This document shows, piece by piece, positions 33,033-46,592 of a stretch of DNA of 64,000 nt. The notes under the pieces were generated by a model. The model did no database searches. It was not told the origin of the DNA and saw nothing but the letters and a program-made list of their open reading frames with translations. Source of the DNA: Escherichia coli (lineage in GTDB: Bacteria; Pseudomonadota; Gammaproteobacteria; Enterobacterales; Enterobacteriaceae); NCBI RefSeq assembly GCF_022846255.1, contig NZ_AP025682.1; one strand, written 5' to 3'. The position numbers and the translations under genes are program-made. Positions within the stretch are counted from its first letter, which is position 1. The number at the start of each line of letters is the position of its first letter.

Positions 33033-35138
33033 TTAGTGTGCGCCTTTTGCCTGCGCCACGATCTCCTCGACATTTTCCGGCATTGGCTCATACGGCGTTT
33101 CTTTCGCCGTTGGCTTCGGATCTTTCAATGCCGCCAGTGCCGTCTTAATCGAGAACAGCGCCAGAACCACCACGACCACCATAAAGAAGATGGTTAACCC
33201 GGCATCCAGACGGTTGTTGAACACCAGTTGCGCCAGCTGTGACTCAGTATACTGCGACGGAATATTGCCGCTGTCGATCATTGCCTGGAACTTATTAGCA
33301 ATGGCCAGGAAGCCGACTTTCGCATCCGGGCTAAACGCTTTCTGCCAGCCTGCAGTCAGGGTACAAATCAGCAGCCAGGCCGTTGGTACCAGCGCCACCC
33401 AGGCGTAACGTTGACGTTTCATTTTGAACAGCACCACGGCACAGAGCATCAGCGCCATCCCTGCCAGCATCTGGTTGGCAATACCAAACAGCGGCCACAA
33501 GGTATTAATACCGCCCAGCGGATCGACCACGCCCTGATGCAGGAAGTAGCCCCACGCCAGCACACACAGCGCCGTTGCCAGCAGGTTCGCTGGCAGTGAA
33601 TCGGTCCGCTTCAGGCCAGGAGAAACCACGCCCAGCAGATCCTGCAACATAAAGCGTGCAGCACGCGTACCTGCATCCACCGCTGTCAGAATAAACAGTG
33701 CTTCAAACAGAATAGCGAAGTGATACCAGAACGCCACATCCATCATGCCGCCCAGCGCGCCGTGCAGAATGTAGGCCATCCCCACCGCCAGCGTCGGCGC
33801 ACCGCCCGCACGGGAAATGATCGACTGTTCACCCACTTCGCTGGCAATCTGGTTGAGCGTATCTGGTGTAATGCTAAAGCCCCAGCTACTCACCACCTGC
33901 GCGGCAGAAGCGACCACATCCGCCGTCCCTGCCGGAGCCAGCACCGCCATTGGGCTGTTCATGGCAAAATACACGCCCGGATCGATGATACAGGCAGAAA
34001 CCAGCGCCATAATCGCCACGAAGGATTCCATCAACATCCCACCGTAGCCGATAAAGCACGCCTGCCCTTCGTTCGCCAGCATCTTCGGCGTGGTGCCGGA
34101 AGAGATCAGCGCATGGAAGCCAGACACCGCACCACAGGCGATGGTGATAAACAGGAACGGGAACAGGTTACCGGTCCATACCGGTCCAGTGCCATCGACA
34201 AATTTGGTCAGCGCAGGCATGGTCAGCGTCGGGCGCATAATCAAAATGCCTACCGCCAGACCGACGATAGTCCCGATTTTCAGGAAGGTAGAGAGGTAGT
34301 CACGCGGGGCCAGCAGCAACCACACCGGCAGCACCGCCGCCACAAAACCGTAGCCCACCAGCATCCAGGTCAGCTGCACGCCGGTAAAGTCAAAGTACGG
34401 TGCCCAGGTCGGACTTTCTGCCACCCAGCCGCCAGAAATAATGGCGAAAATCAGGAATACCAGACCGATGACCGACACTTCACCAATACGCCCCGGACGC
34501 AGATAACGCAGGTAGATCCCCATGAACAGCGCCAGCGGAATGGTGAAAGCAACGGTATACGTTCCCCACGGGCTATGAGTCAGGGCTTTCACCACGATCA
34601 TCGCCAGCACGGCAAGGATAATGACCATGATCATAAAGCAGGCCACCAGCGCAATCACCCCGGCGGTTGGCCCCATCTCTTCTTTGACCAGCTCACCCAG
34701 CGAGCGACCGTCACGACGCGTAGAAACAAACAGCACCATGAAATCCTGCACCGCACCGGCGAGAACCACCCCGGCGAGCAGCCAGATCATCCCCGGCAGG
34801 TAGCCCATTTGCGCCGCCAGCACCGGCCCCACCAGCGGCCCTGCTCCGGCAATGGCCGCAAAATGGTGACCGAACAGCACTTTCTTGTCCGTCGGCACAT
34901 AGTCCAGCCCGTCGTTATGGCGCACCGCTGGCGTCATACGCGTCGGGTCAACCGCCAGCACATTTTTGGCGATATACAGACCATAAAAACGGTAAGCGAT
35001 CAGATAGATACAGACCGACGCCACCACAATCCACAGCGCGTTGATCTGTTCCCCACGATTTAAAGCAATGTATCCCAGAGCAAATGCTCCCATTACAGAG
35101 AGCACTGTCCAGACGAGGTATTTCCCTGATTTGTTCAT
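33033..35138 (-). CDS. cstA: Carbon starvation protein A (peptide/pyruvate transporter)
   Basis: 701 aa polytopic membrane protein; recognised CstA. Confidence 0.93.
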   Translation of the reverse strand: MNKSGKYLVWTVLSVMGAFALGYIALNRGEQINALWIVVASVCIYLIAYRFYGLYIAKNVLAVDPTRMTPAVRHNDGLDYVPTDKKVLFGHHFAAIAGAGPLVGPVLAAQMGYLPGMIWLLAGVVLAGAVQDFMVLFVSTRRDGRSLGELVKEEMGPTAGVIALVACFMIMVIILAVLAMIVVKALTHSPWGTYTVAFTIPLALFMGIYLRYLRPGRIGEVSVIGLVFLIFAIISGGWVAESPTWAPYFDFTGVQLTWMLVGYGFVAAVLPVWLLLAPRDYLSTFLKIGTIVGLAVGILIMRPTLTMPALTKFVDGTGPVWTGNLFPFLFITIACGAVSGFHALISSGTTPKMLANEGQACFIGYGGMLMESFVAIMALVSACIIDPGVYFAMNSPMAVLAPAGTADVVASAAQVVSSWGFSITPDTLNQIASEVGEQSIISRAGGAPTLAVGMAYILHGALGGMMDVAFWYHFAILFEALFILTAVDAGTRAARFMLQDLLGVVSPGLKRTDSLPANLLATALCVLAWGYFLHQGVVDPLGGINTLWPLFGIANQMLAGMALMLCAVVLFKMKRQRYAWVALVPTAWLLICTLTAGWQKAFSPDAKVGFLAIANKFQAMIDSGNIPSQYTESQLAQLVFNNRLDAGLTIFFMVVVVVLALFSIKTALAALKDPKPTAKETPYEPMPENVEEIVAQAKGAH

Positions 35139-35258
35139 AGTTGTTATCCGTGTGCGTGTCCATAGAGATGTTACATTTTGTTTCTATAACATCTTTGTAC
35201 GATTTAACAACACGGCAACCATGTAAATCGGAGTTGAAACCAATATTTAACTTAACAA

Positions 35259-35274
35259 TGTTAACTCGATCACT
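35259..35274. promoter_or_regulatory. CRP-like site (TGTTA-N6-TCACT) upstream of cstA
   Basis: tgttaactcgatcact, about 120 bp upstream of the cstA start; cstA is known to be cAMP-CRP dependent. Confidence 0.35.
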
Positions 35275-35318
35275 CCGTTAACCGAGTTTTCCTGCAATCT
35301 CATATAATTCTGTCGGGT

Positions 35319-36480
<1,162 letters not shown>

Positions 36481-36481
<1 letters not shown>

Positions 36482-37338
36482 TATTTCACCTCGCGGGAGA
36501 GTAGCTTCCACCAGGCGTCGATGGTCGGGTTTTTCGCCAGCATGACAAAGTCGATATCGCCATGCACTTTGCGCCAGCGCGCCGCCAGCGCCATCATGCG
36601 CACCGAATCCAGACCGTAGTCGATCAGGTTGTCGTCATCGAAGGGTTCATCGGACTCGTCCAGCAACGGCAGGATCACCTCACGCAGCGCCGCTTTGCTG
36701 GCGGGGATAGGTGCTGGCAGCAATTCTTCGGTCATCACCACCCGACCAGAACGTCCGGCCACATATTTCAGCGACATCAAATGCTCGTCACGGCTGAAAT
36801 CGGCCAGCGCATCCGCCACCATAAACGGTTTAATATCGCGCATAAACGCGTCCGTTGCGGTGGTCATACAGCCAATGTGGGCATATACCCCGGTAATAAT
36901 CAGCTGGTTACGTCCACTCTCTTTGAGCATTTGCTCCAGCGGGGAACGATGAAACGCGCTATAGCGCCACTTCACCAGCACCGTGTCGTCGGCATCTGGC
37001 GTCAGGCGATCCACCACCTTTTGCTGTTCCGGCGAACGGGTCAGGCCAGGCCCCCACATATCATTCAACAGCGCCCGATCTTCATCGCTCTGCTCTTTCG
37101 GCTGGGCGGTGTAATAAACCGGGATATTGTGCTGTTTGCAGTAGTCGCGTAGTGCCGCAATATTCGCGATCACCTGCTCCATCATCGGGCAGTTCTCACC
37201 CCAGAAGCTGACAAAATAGTCCTGCATATCATGGATTAACAACGCGGCACGTTGCGGTTCAAAGGCCCAGTCGACTTTATTCTGCGGAATATCGTGAGAC
37301 TCCGGCAGTGCGTAAGCCTGTAATTTTGGAATAGCCAT
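36481..37338 (-). CDS. entB: Isochorismatase / aryl carrier protein EntB
   Basis: 285 aa; isochorismatase domain plus C-terminal carrier domain with the LGLDSV phosphopantetheinylation-site serine. Confidence 0.93.
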
Positions 37339-37351
37339 CGTGTTCTCTCCT

Positions 37352-38962
37352 TCAGGCTGATGTGCGTGACGCCAGCCACTGACGTAATTGTTTTTTATCG
37401 ACTTTCCCGACCGCCGTCAGCGGAAGTGAATCCACACACTCCACGCGATCCGGTAATTTAAATTCGGCAATACCCTGTTCACGCAGGAAACGACGCACCT
37501 GCACCGCGCGCAGCGGCTCTTTTACCACCAGATAAGCACAGCTTTTTTCGCCCATCAGCTCATCTTCCATGCTCACCAGTGCGGCGTAGATCACCGCCGG
37601 ATGGCGCAGCAGCAGGTTTTCGATCTCTTCGGCAGCGATCTTCTCGCCGCCACGGTTGATCTGATCTTTCTCGCGTCCCTGCACAGTGATGTAACCCTCT
37701 GGATCAATAGAGATCAGATCGCCGGAACAGTAAAAACCGTTGGCATCAAAGGCGCTGGCATTGTGCTGCGGGCTTTTGTAATAGCCACGGAAGGTGTACG
37801 GCCCGCGCGTCATCAGGCGTCCAACTTCCCCTTGCGGCAGTGGATTTCCTTCGGCATCGGCAACCCATACTTCATCGTCCGGGCACATTGGGTAACCCTG
37901 GGTATGGATAATTTTCTCCGCACTATCATCAAGACGGGTGTAGTTCACCAGCCCTTCCGCCATGCCAAACACCTGCTGCAACTGACAGCCAATCTCAGCG
38001 GGAATACGCGCCGCAAGCGTGGCAGAAAGACGGGCGCCGCCGACCTGTAACAGTTTCAGCGAGGCAAGCTGCGCCCGGCTTTCGCCTTCAGCCAGTGCCT
38101 GCAACCACAGGCTGACTGCTGGCGGCACCAGCGCGGTGACGTTCACCTGATGTTTTTCAATCAATGGGAAGCAAAGCGTAGCGCTGGGGTCGGCAGCCAG
38201 AACGACAGTGCCGCCAGCGAGAAATACCCCCAACGATCCCGGTGAACTCATGGCGTAGTTATGAGCCGCCGGGATCGCGCACAGGTAGCGCGTCTGTTGT
38301 GTGAACTGACAAATCTCGACGCTACGACGCACGCTGTAGTAGTAGTCGTTATGAGTGCGCGGGATCAGTTTCGGAGTGCCGGTGGTGCCGCCGGAAAGCT
38401 GGAAATAGGCCACTTCATCAGCAGGAGATGGCGTGGCAGTAAAATCCTCAGCCGGATGGTTAATCGCATCCTGCAAGTTATGCTCACCGCTGTCGTTGAG
38501 CAGCTGCACCACGCGAATCGAAGAATGCTCTGCAACAAATGTGTTGAGGAAATCATCCCCGCTAAATAGCGCATGTTGGCGATCGGCAATCAGTAACGCC
38601 GGTTCAATCTGGCTGGCATAGGCGTTCAGTTCACTACGCTGATGGCTGAACAGCGCCAGCACCGGCGCAACGCCCAGTTTCAGCAGCGCGAAAAAGGTAA
38701 TGTAAAGTTCAGCGACGTTACCCAGTTGTACCAGCGCGGTTTCACCAGGTTTAATGCCCTGACGGCGCAAACTACAGGCGAGGTTATCCGCCGCCTGATT
38801 CAGCTCCCGGTAACTCAACTGCCGCTCGCCGTCGATAACCGCGATGCTGTCACTCGTAGCGTGGCGAGTCAGAATGTCGGTCAGTGGCAAATCCTGCCAG
38901 TAGCCTTTTTCCCGATAGCGACGGGCAAACTCTTCCGGCCAGCGGGTGAATGGAATGCTCAT
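37352..38962 (-). CDS. entE: 2,3-dihydroxybenzoate-AMP ligase EntE
   Basis: 536 aa adenylate-forming enzyme. Confidence 0.93.
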   Translation of the reverse strand: MSIPFTRWPEEFARRYREKGYWQDLPLTDILTRHATSDSIAVIDGERQLSYRELNQAADNLACSLRRQGIKPGETALVQLGNVAELYITFFALLKLGVAPVLALFSHQRSELNAYASQIEPALLIADRQHALFSGDDFLNTFVAEHSSIRVVQLLNDSGEHNLQDAINHPAEDFTATPSPADEVAYFQLSGGTTGTPKLIPRTHNDYYYSVRRSVEICQFTQQTRYLCAIPAAHNYAMSSPGSLGVFLAGGTVVLAADPSATLCFPLIEKHQVNVTALVPPAVSLWLQALAEGESRAQLASLKLLQVGGARLSATLAARIPAEIGCQLQQVFGMAEGLVNYTRLDDSAEKIIHTQGYPMCPDDEVWVADAEGNPLPQGEVGRLMTRGPYTFRGYYKSPQHNASAFDANGFYCSGDLISIDPEGYITVQGREKDQINRGGEKIAAEEIENLLLRHPAVIYAALVSMEDELMGEKSCAYLVVKEPLRAVQVRRFLREQGIAEFKLPDRVECVDSLPLTAVGKVDKKQLRQWLASRTSA

Positions 38963-38971
38963 CCTCGCTCC

Positions 38972-40147
38972 TTAATGCAATCCAAAAACGTTCAACATGG
39001 TAGAAAGTTTGACGCCCGTTTCGCGCCACTCACCCAACGGTGAGGACGCAGGCACAATCCCCGCTCCGGCAAACAGACGCACCTGATTTTCCCGCAGCTT
39101 CGCGCAGCGGATGGTCACCACCCATTCACCGTTACCTTCGCTGTCACACCAACCCACAATGCCGCCAAACAGTTCGCGGTCGAACGGCTCCAGTTCAGCA
39201 ATAACCTGAGTCGCGGCCTGATGCGGGAAACCGCTCAGCGCGGGGGTCGGATGCAGCAGACAAGCCAAAGTCAGTGCGTTTTCTTGCGAATTCGCTTTAC
39301 CTTCAAAGGGAGTTGCGAGATGCCACAGCGTCGGCGTGGTAATCAATTGTGGAGAGGAGGGAACGTGTAACTCACTACTGCGTTTGCGCAGTACCTCTTT
39401 CATCGCCTGAGTCACCAGTTCATGTTCATGGCGATCTTTTTCTGACGCCAGCAGACGATTACCCGCTTCGCGATCGAGCACTTCATCCGGCTGACGACGC
39501 GCGGAACCGGCTAACGGAATGGAGCTAAAACGCTCGCCGTCTTTACGTAGCAGCAGTTCCGGGCTGGCCCCCAGCAGAACGCCACCATCAGCCAGCGGGA
39601 CATGGAAGTTGTAACTAACCGGGTTTTGCGCAATCAACCGTTCCAGCAATACGCCACTATCAATGGCGGCGTCAGTGGTGATATCAATCAACCGTGACAA
39701 CACCACTTTGTCGACCTGCGGCGTGGCGGTAAGTGCGGCGGCGCGAGCAACCATCTGTTCAAACGTGGTTTGTTCCGGAATTGCCTGGCGTTCCACCACG
39801 TTCAGCGACTGGCTGCGGGTAAAACGGCGGGCTGAAGATTGTTTTTCCTGGCGGGAGAACGACTGCCAGGACTCGGGAATATACAGCGATGAAGGCTGAC
39901 GTGGATCGAAGGGAATCGCCCCGACCATCACCGGATTTTTGATGCCCTGCGCTTTGGCATCGGCAAACAACGCGGCGAGTTTTTGCTGGAAGGGACTGTC
40001 GGGCGAATCCCCGTTCACAGCCGGTTCATCGAAGCGGGCGAAACATCCTGACGTCGTAAAACTGCGGTACGGCGACATAAAGAAAAAGCGATTGGGCGCA
40101 AGTGTTGCCATGGTCTGCTGTACTTCCTCAGCCAGTGACGTATCCAT
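38972..40147 (-). CDS. entC: Isochorismate synthase EntC
   Basis: 391 aa from [16 protein letters not shown]. Confidence 0.93.
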   Translation of the reverse strand: MDTSLAEEVQQTMATLAPNRFFFMSPYRSFTTSGCFARFDEPAVNGDSPDSPFQQKLAALFADAKAQGIKNPVMVGAIPFDPRQPSSLYIPESWQSFSRQEKQSSARRFTRSQSLNVVERQAIPEQTTFEQMVARAAALTATPQVDKVVLSRLIDITTDAAIDSGVLLERLIAQNPVSYNFHVPLADGGVLLGASPELLLRKDGERFSSIPLAGSARRQPDEVLDREAGNRLLASEKDRHEHELVTQAMKEVLRKRSSELHVPSSPQLITTPTLWHLATPFEGKANSQENALTLACLLHPTPALSGFPHQAATQVIAELEPFDRELFGGIVGWCDSEGNGEWVVTIRCAKLRENQVRLFAGAGIVPASSPLGEWRETGVKLSTMLNVFGLH

Positions 40148-40162
40148 ATCATCCTCCACAAA

Positions 40163-40195
40163 ATGATAAAGGCTTTAATAATGATTATCATTTAT
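40163..40195. promoter_or_regulatory. Fur box(es) in the divergent entC / fepB promoter region
   Basis: aatgataaaggctttaataatgattatcatttat contains close matches to GATAATGATAATCATTATC. Confidence 0.8.
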
Positions 40196-40335
40196 ATTTT
40201 CGGTCGCTAACCTAAAAGCAAACGCGCACTATGTCAACTCTTGAGGTAACGCAATCTGCAACTCGGGGTTGCATCTGGTTGTGGTTACAATGAAAATGAG
40301 AAGCATTAACTTCATTAATAACAGGAAGCTGATTT

Positions 40336-41292
40336 GTGAGACTCGTCCCGCTCTACCGCAACGCCCTTCTATTAACAGGACTTTTGCTTTCAGGAATAGC
40401 CGTAGTTCAGGCCGCCGACTGGCCGCGTCAGATTACTGACAGCCGGGGCACTCATACCCTGGAAAGCCAGCCGCAGCGTATTGTTTCCACCAGCGTCACC
40501 CTGACTGGCTCACTGCTGGCGATTGATGCTCCGGTGATCGCCAGCGGCGCGACCACGCCGAATAACCGCGTCGCGGATGACCAGGGCTTTTTACGCCAGT
40601 GGAGCAAGGTGGCGAAAGAACGCAAACTGCAACGGCTCTATATCGGCGAACCGAGCGCCGAAGCCGTTGCCGCGCAAATGCCGGATTTGATTTTAATTAG
40701 CGCAACCGGCGGGGATTCGGCGCTGGCGCTGTATGATCAGCTTTCCACCATCGCCCCGACATTAATCATCAATTACGACGACAAAAGCTGGCAGGCGCTG
40801 TTAACGCAACTTGGCGAAATTACCGGGCATGAGAAACAAGCGGCAGAGCGGATTGCACAGTTTGATAAGCAACTGGCGGCGGCGAAAGAGCAAATCAAAT
40901 TACCGCCGCAGCCGGTCACTGCCATTGTCTATACCGCCGCTGCACACAGTGCCAATCTCTGGACGCCGGAATCAGCACAAGGGCAGATGCTGGAACAACT
41001 CGGCTTTACGTTGGCGAAATTGCCCGCAGGGTTAAACGCCAGCCAAAGCCAGGGCAAACGCCATGACATCATTCAGCTTGGTGGAGAAAATCTGGCTGCA
41101 GGGTTAAATGGCGAGTCACTATTCCTGTTCGCCGGTGATCAGAAAGACGCCGATGCTATTTATGCTAATCCGCTGCTCGCGCACCTGCCTGCAGTACAAA
41201 ACAAGCAGGTTTATGCGCTGGGAACCGAGACGTTCCGTCTGGATTACTACAGCGCCATGCAAGTGCTGGATAGACTTAAGGCGCTGTTTTAA
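40336..41292 (+). CDS. fepB: Periplasmic ferric enterobactin-binding protein FepB
   Basis: 318 aa, GTG start; signal peptide. Confidence 0.92.
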   Translation: MRLVPLYRNALLLTGLLLSGIAVVQAADWPRQITDSRGTHTLESQPQRIVSTSVTLTGSLLAIDAPVIASGATTPNNRVADDQGFLRQWSKVAKERKLQRLYIGEPSAEAVAAQMPDLILISATGGDSALALYDQLSTIAPTLIINYDDKSWQALLTQLGEITGHEKQAAERIAQFDKQLAAAKEQIKLPPQPVTAIVYTAAAHSANLWTPESAQGQMLEQLGFTLAKLPAGLNASQSQGKRHDIIQLGGENLAAGLNGESLFLFAGDQKDADAIYANPLLAHLPAVQNKQVYALGTETFRLDYYSAMQVLDRLKALF

Positions 41293-41295
41293 GCA

Positions 41296-42546
41296 TTAAC
41301 TGTCGGACGCTGTCACCTGCGGCGGCGTCTGGCGAAAACGTCGCAACTCCACCAGCACCAGCAACAACAACACGCCGATAATCAACAAACCAAAACCGCT
41401 CGCGCTTGCGGAAGCAACCGGTGTCATCATCGCGCCCAAACCGCCCAGCAGCGCCGCGCCTATGGCATCGCCCGTCACGTTTTGTGCCGTCCACAAACCG
41501 TTAATCCGCCCTAACATCGCTTCCGGGGTTTGCGTTTGCAGCATTGTATATTGCAGCAACGAACTAACCGCGCTCAGCCAGCCGAACAGCGCCAGACAAA
41601 CCACGCCTAAAATCCACATCGGCATCAGGCCAAACAAACCAATGGCGAGGAACGATCCCAGCGTGGAAAGCAGCATCAATAACCCTGGTCGCGCGCTATG
41701 TGCCAGCTTACCGCTGGTTAACGCGCCAATAGCCGCGCCGAGCGGGATCGCCGCATAGAGAAAACCAATCTGTGCCGCCGACATCTGCCAGTTGTCAGCC
41801 AGCGCCGGATACAGGACCCGCACCGCGCTCGCCATCGTCAATAAACCACCCAGCAACGCAATCCCTCCCACCAGCGGGCTGGCGAGTAGAAAACGAAATC
41901 CTGCCAGTAATGATTTCAACGGATGCTCACGCGGCTGCGGCGGTGGTGGCAACGCCGGAAGGCTTAACAACGGTAGCAAGGTAATAAACGTGCCCGCCGC
42001 CGCCAGCCCGTAGTTCCAGGCTACGCCGCCGGTCGCCAGCAGTAAACCGCCAATCATGGGCGAAATCACCGATCCCAGACGCACAGTCAACATGGTGATC
42101 GCCCCGGCCTGCATTAGGTTTTCACGCCCTACCAGTGCAGGTGTCGCCGCCAGTAGCGCCGTAACGCCAAGTGATGCGAAAAAACCATCCCATAAACCAA
42201 GTAAATAGATTGCCAGCAAAGACGGCTCCGGCAGCAGCGCATTCAGGCACAGTCCAATGAAGCCAATGCCACAGGTGCCACGCGCCAGCAAAATCACTTT
42301 TTTACGCTCATAGCGATCCGCCAGCACACCGCCGACCATCAGGCCAACAAACATCGCGCCGCCGGTCAGCGTCACCGAAAGCCCCACCTGCCAGGTAGAA
42401 TGCGTCATCATCTGGATCTGCACCGGCACCGCGACGCCGAGCAAACCCAGAGAAACAATTGAGATAAAACGAGCGAGGAATACTGCGCGAAACGCCGGGT
42501 GCGTTTTCAACAGGCTGAGGTTAAGCAGCCAGGATTGTTTATTCAT
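41296..42546 (-). CDS. entS: Enterobactin exporter EntS (MFS)
   Basis: 416 aa, 12-TM MFS-like. Confidence 0.92.
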
Positions 42547-42618
42547 TACAATGCCTTGCCATCAAATATTTTAAATACCTATTCTTAGGCTGCACATGCT
42601 AACATATCCAAATAAGAT

Positions 42619-42646
42619 CGATAACGATAATTAATTTCATTATCAT
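42619..42646. promoter_or_regulatory. Fur box in the divergent entS / fepD promoter region
   Basis: gataacgataattaatttcattatcat. Confidence 0.8.
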
Positions 42647-42656
42647 GGAAGTTCGT

Positions 42657-43661
42657 ATGTCTGGTTCTGTTGCCGTGACACGCGCCATTGCCGTGCCCGG
42701 ATTGCTGTTATTACTGATTATCGCGACGGCATTAAGCCTACTCATTGGGGCAAAATCACTCCCCGCTTCCGTAGTGCTGGAGGCGCTCTCCGGCACCTGC
42801 CAGAGCGCCGACTGCACCATCGTGCTCGACGCACGACTGCCGCGCACCCTTGCCGGTTTACTGGCAGGCGGTGCGCTTGGCCTTGCCGGGGCGTTAATGC
42901 AAACCCTCACCCGAAACCCGCTTGCCGATCCTGGTTTGCTTGGCGTGAACGCCGGTGCCAGTTTTGCCATTGTGCTGGGCGCGGCGCTGTTTGGTTACTC
43001 TTCCGCGCAGGAACAACTGGCGATGGCCTTCGCCGGGGCGCTGGTGGCCTCGTTGATTGTTGCCTTTACCGGCAGCCAGGGCGGCGGGCAGTTAAGTCCG
43101 GTGCGTTTAACCCTGGCAGGCGTGGCGCTGGCGGCGGTGCTGGAAGGGCTGACCAGCGGCATCGCCCTGCTTAATCCCGACGTCTACGATCAACTGCGTT
43201 TCTGGCAAGCCGGTTCGCTGGATATTCGCAATCTACATACCTTAAAAGTGGTGCTGATCCCGGTGCTTACCGCTGGAGCAACTGCGCTATTACTGAGCCG
43301 CGCGCTGAACAGTTTAAGCCTTGGCAGTGACACCGCGACGGCACTGGGCAGTCGCGTAGCGCGCACACAGTTGATTGGTCTGCTGGCAATTACCGTGCTT
43401 TGTGGTAGTGCGACGGCGGTAGTTGGCCCGATTGCCTTTATTGGCCTGATGATGCCGCACATGGCGCGCTGGCTGGTAGGTGCCGATCATCGCTGGTCGC
43501 TGCCCGTCACGCTACTCGCTACCCCTGCCCTGCTGCTGTTTGCCGATATCATTGGGCGGGTGATTGTTCCCGGCGAACTGCGCGTTTCTGTAGTCAGTGC
43601 CTTTATTGGCGCACCAGTGCTGATCTTCCTCGTACGACGTAAAACGCGAGGTGGCGCATGA
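42657..43661 (+). CDS. fepD: Ferric enterobactin ABC transporter permease FepD
   Basis: 334 aa from MSGSVAVTRAIAV (the ORF track starts 4 codons upstream at 42645). Confidence 0.9.
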   Translation: MSGSVAVTRAIAVPGLLLLLIIATALSLLIGAKSLPASVVLEALSGTCQSADCTIVLDARLPRTLAGLLAGGALGLAGALMQTLTRNPLADPGLLGVNAGASFAIVLGAALFGYSSAQEQLAMAFAGALVASLIVAFTGSQGGGQLSPVRLTLAGVALAAVLEGLTSGIALLNPDVYDQLRFWQAGSLDIRNLHTLKVVLIPVLTAGATALLLSRALNSLSLGSDTATALGSRVARTQLIGLLAITVLCGSATAVVGPIAFIGLMMPHMARWLVGADHRWSLPVTLLATPALLLFADIIGRVIVPGELRVSVVSAFIGAPVLIFLVRRKTRGGA

Positions 43662-44650
43662 TTTACGTCTCTCGCCGATTAATTATCACCTGTCTGCTGT
43701 TGCTAATAGCTTGTGTGATGGCAGGCGTGTGGGGATTACGTAGCGGTGCCGTCACGCTGGAAACTTCGCAGGTATTCGCCGCGTTGATGGGCGACACGCC
43801 GCGCAGTATGACGATGGTGGTCACCGAATGGCGTTTACCACGCGTGCTGATGGCGCTGTTGATTGGCGCGGCGCTGGGCGTCAGCGGCGCGATTTTTCAG
43901 TCGCTGATGCGTAACCCGCTCGGCAGCCCTGACGTAATGGGCTTTAACACCGGGGCGTGGAGCGGCGTGCTGGTGGCGATGGTGCTGTTTGGTCAGGACC
44001 TGACGGCTATCGCGCTGGCAGCAATGGTGGGCGGCATTGTCACTTCGCTGTTGGTCTGGCTGCTCGCCTGGCGTAACGGTATCGACACCTTTCGGTTGAT
44101 TATTATCGGTATCGGTGTTCGCGCCATGCTGGTGGCCTTTAATACCTGGCTGTTGCTGAAAGCGTCTTTAGAAACGGCGCTAACAGCGGGTTTGTGGAAT
44201 GCCGGATCGCTCAATGGCCTGACGTGGGCAAAAACCTCGCCTTCCGCACCCATCATTATATTAATGTTAATTGCCGCCGCCTTGCTGGTGCGGCGAATGC
44301 GCTTGCTGGAAATGGGCGATGATACCGCATGTGCGCTGGGCGTCAGCGTCGAACGTTCGCGACTGTTAATGATGCTGGTCGCCGTAGTGCTTACCGCAGC
44401 TGCCACTGCCCTGGCGGGGCCAATTTCCTTTATTGCTTTAGTCGCGCCACACATTGCCCGCCGCATCAGTGGCACCGCTCGCTGGGGGCTGACCCAGGCG
44501 GCGCTGTGCGGGGCGTTGTTACTGCTGGTGGCCGATCTCTGCGCCCAACAACTGTTTATGCCGTATCAACTTCCGGTTGGCGTCGTTACCGTCAGCCTCG
44601 GCGGTATTTACCTTATCGTCTTGTTAATTCAGGAGTCTCGCAAAAAATGA
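43658..44650 (+). CDS. fepG: Ferric enterobactin ABC transporter permease FepG
   Basis: 330 aa; start overlaps fepD stop. Confidence 0.92.
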   Translation: MIYVSRRLIITCLLLLIACVMAGVWGLRSGAVTLETSQVFAALMGDTPRSMTMVVTEWRLPRVLMALLIGAALGVSGAIFQSLMRNPLGSPDVMGFNTGAWSGVLVAMVLFGQDLTAIALAAMVGGIVTSLLVWLLAWRNGIDTFRLIIIGIGVRAMLVAFNTWLLLKASLETALTAGLWNAGSLNGLTWAKTSPSAPIIILMLIAAALLVRRMRLLEMGDDTACALGVSVERSRLLMMLVAVVLTAAATALAGPISFIALVAPHIARRISGTARWGLTQAALCGALLLLVADLCAQQLFMPYQLPVGVVTVSLGGIYLIVLLIQESRKK

Positions 44651-45462
44651 CCGAATCAGTAGCCCGTTTGCGCGGCGAACAGTTAACCCTCGGATATGGC
44701 AAATATACCGTTGCGGAAAATCTGACTGTAGAAATACCTGATGGTCACTTCACGGCAATTATCGGGCCAAATGGCTGCGGTAAATCCACGTTACTGCGTA
44801 CCTTAAGCCGCCTGATGACGCCTGCTCACGGGCATGTCTGGCTGGATGGCGAGCACATTCAACATTACGCCAGTAAAGAGGTTGCACGCCGGATTGGTCT
44901 GTTGGCGCAAAATGCTACCACACCGGGCGATATCACTGTGCAGGAGCTGGTGGCGCGTGGGCGTTACCCGCATCAACCGCTGTTTACCCGCTGGCGCAAA
45001 GAAGATGAAGACGCGGTAACAAAAGCGATGCAGGCCACGGGAATAACTCATCTGGCGGATCAAAGCGTGGACACCCTTTCTGGCGGACAACGCCAGCGAG
45101 CGTGGATCGCGATGGTGCTGGCCCAGGAAACGGCAATTATGCTGCTCGATGAACCCACGACCTGGCTGGATATCAGTCATCAGATTGATTTGCTGGAACT
45201 GTTAAGCGAACTGAACCGCGAGAAAGGCTATACCCTGGCGGCGGTGCTGCACGATCTTAATCAGGCCTGTCGTTACGCCAGCCATTTGATTGCATTGCGG
45301 GAAGGGAAAATTGTTGCTCAGGGAGCACCGAAGGAGATTGTCACTGCTGAACTGATCGAGCGCATTTATGGTCTGCGCTGCATGATTATTGACGATCCGG
45401 TTGCCGGAACGCCGCTCGTGGTGCCGCTCGGACGAACGGCACCTTCAACCGCAAAGATTTAA
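44647..45462 (+). CDS. fepC: Ferric enterobactin ABC transporter ATPase FepC
   Basis: 271 aa from MTESVARLRGEQ; Walker A GPNGCGKST; start overlaps fepG stop. Confidence 0.93.
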   Translation: MTESVARLRGEQLTLGYGKYTVAENLTVEIPDGHFTAIIGPNGCGKSTLLRTLSRLMTPAHGHVWLDGEHIQHYASKEVARRIGLLAQNATTPGDITVQELVARGRYPHQPLFTRWRKEDEDAVTKAMQATGITHLADQSVDTLSGGQRQRAWIAMVLAQETAIMLLDEPTTWLDISHQIDLLELLSELNREKGYTLAAVLHDLNQACRYASHLIALREGKIVAQGAPKEIVTAELIERIYGLRCMIIDDPVAGTPLVVPLGRTAPSTAKI

Positions 45463-46592
45463 ACTAAGTGGTCTGCCATCATGGCATCCTGTTTTCTGGA
45501 TGCCATCGCATGACGCAACAGCACACCACCACAAGCCACCATCCCGCCGATCAACGCGGAAAGGATCACAATAATAGCCTTACCCGGACCATCTTTTTTC
45601 ACTGGCAATGACGGTCTTAACTGATATTTAAACGGCGTAAAATTCACATCGTTGATATTTGCTTTTGTTAACTGCTCAACAAGATACTGGCGATTACGTA
45701 ATTCGCCGTTCAGTTCCGCAACGTCAGTAACCGCTTTTTCAATTTCCAGTTTGCGTTCAATACCGTCTGCGCCGAGAGAAATAGAGAAATCGGGGTCATC
45801 TTTAACGGCCTGACCATTACTGTATACGGGCTTTTTAATTCCTGCCGCGTTGGCAATGTCGAGTGAATAATTGAGGCGCTGAATGTTTGCATCAAGTTGA
45901 TTTTTCATTTTAATGCGGTCCTGAGCCAGTTTTGCTTTTTCAAACTGGGTTTTGATCTCCAGTTTATTACGGACGTTTTCTATCGACTCTTTCACCACCA
46001 ACACAGAGATATAATCGATATACCCGCTCAAAACGGTCTGCGCCTCTTCACTGGTTGGCGCGGTAAAACTTAGCGTCCAGGAGGTATACAGTGACGGTTC
46101 ATCTTTTTTCTTACTGGCATTGTCATCAACCGCTTTCATTTTTTCGCTCAATGCGACAATTGCGCGATGCAAATCCAGTTCGTCGATTTTCGCCTCTTTT
46201 AATTGGTCCATTACATAAGGTGATGAGCGCAGGTACTCTTCTAGTAAGCTAACAGACTGAAACTTCTTGATAAACAGGTTAAATGCACCGCCACGGTCGA
46301 TATTAACATCGAGATCAAGAACGCGGAGTTTGGTAAAGGTTTTCTCCAGGTCCTGCCACTGAATGGCTTCGGCGGGAGTAATGACGGCTGAGCTGGTCCA
46401 TTTTTGCGGCAGGATGAAAGAGATCAGCAAGCCTGCGCAGGCAAACGCAAAAACGACCGCCATGATCGTTTTTTTGGCCCGCCATAAAACTTCAATTAGA
46501 CTAAGTAAATCAATTTCATTATTACTGGGCGACGCCAGAGGATACTCGGGAAAATGAGCTTCACTTCCCTGTTTAATATTCAGTGATGACAT
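45459..46592 (-). CDS. fepE: Polysaccharide co-polymerase (Wzz-like) FepE
   Basis: 377 aa from MSSLNIKQGSEAHFPEY; N- and C-terminal TM segments. Confidence 0.9.
   Translation of the reverse strand: MSSLNIKQGSEAHFPEYPLASPSNNEIDLLSLIEVLWRAKKTIMAVVFAFACAGLLISFILPQKWTSSAVITPAEAIQWQDLEKTFTKLRVLDLDVNIDRGGAFNLFIKKFQSVSLLEEYLRSSPYVMDQLKEAKIDELDLHRAIVALSEKMKAVDDNASKKKDEPSLYTSWTLSFTAPTSEEAQTVLSGYIDYISVLVVKESIENVRNKLEIKTQFEKAKLAQDRIKMKNQLDANIQRLNYSLDIANAAGIKKPVYSNGQAVKDDPDFSISLGADGIERKLEIEKAVTDVAELNGELRNRQYLVEQLTKANINDVNFTPFKYQLRPSLPVKKDGPGKAIIVILSALIGGMVACGGVLLRHAMASRKQDAMMADHLV

Noticed and set aside
33720-35063. 447-aa ORF on the plus strand, extremely rich in Arg/His/Gln
   Set aside because: It lies entirely antisense to cstA and has a low-complexity composition typical of the reverse strand of a GC-rich membrane-protein gene; no start context; judged a shadow ORF.
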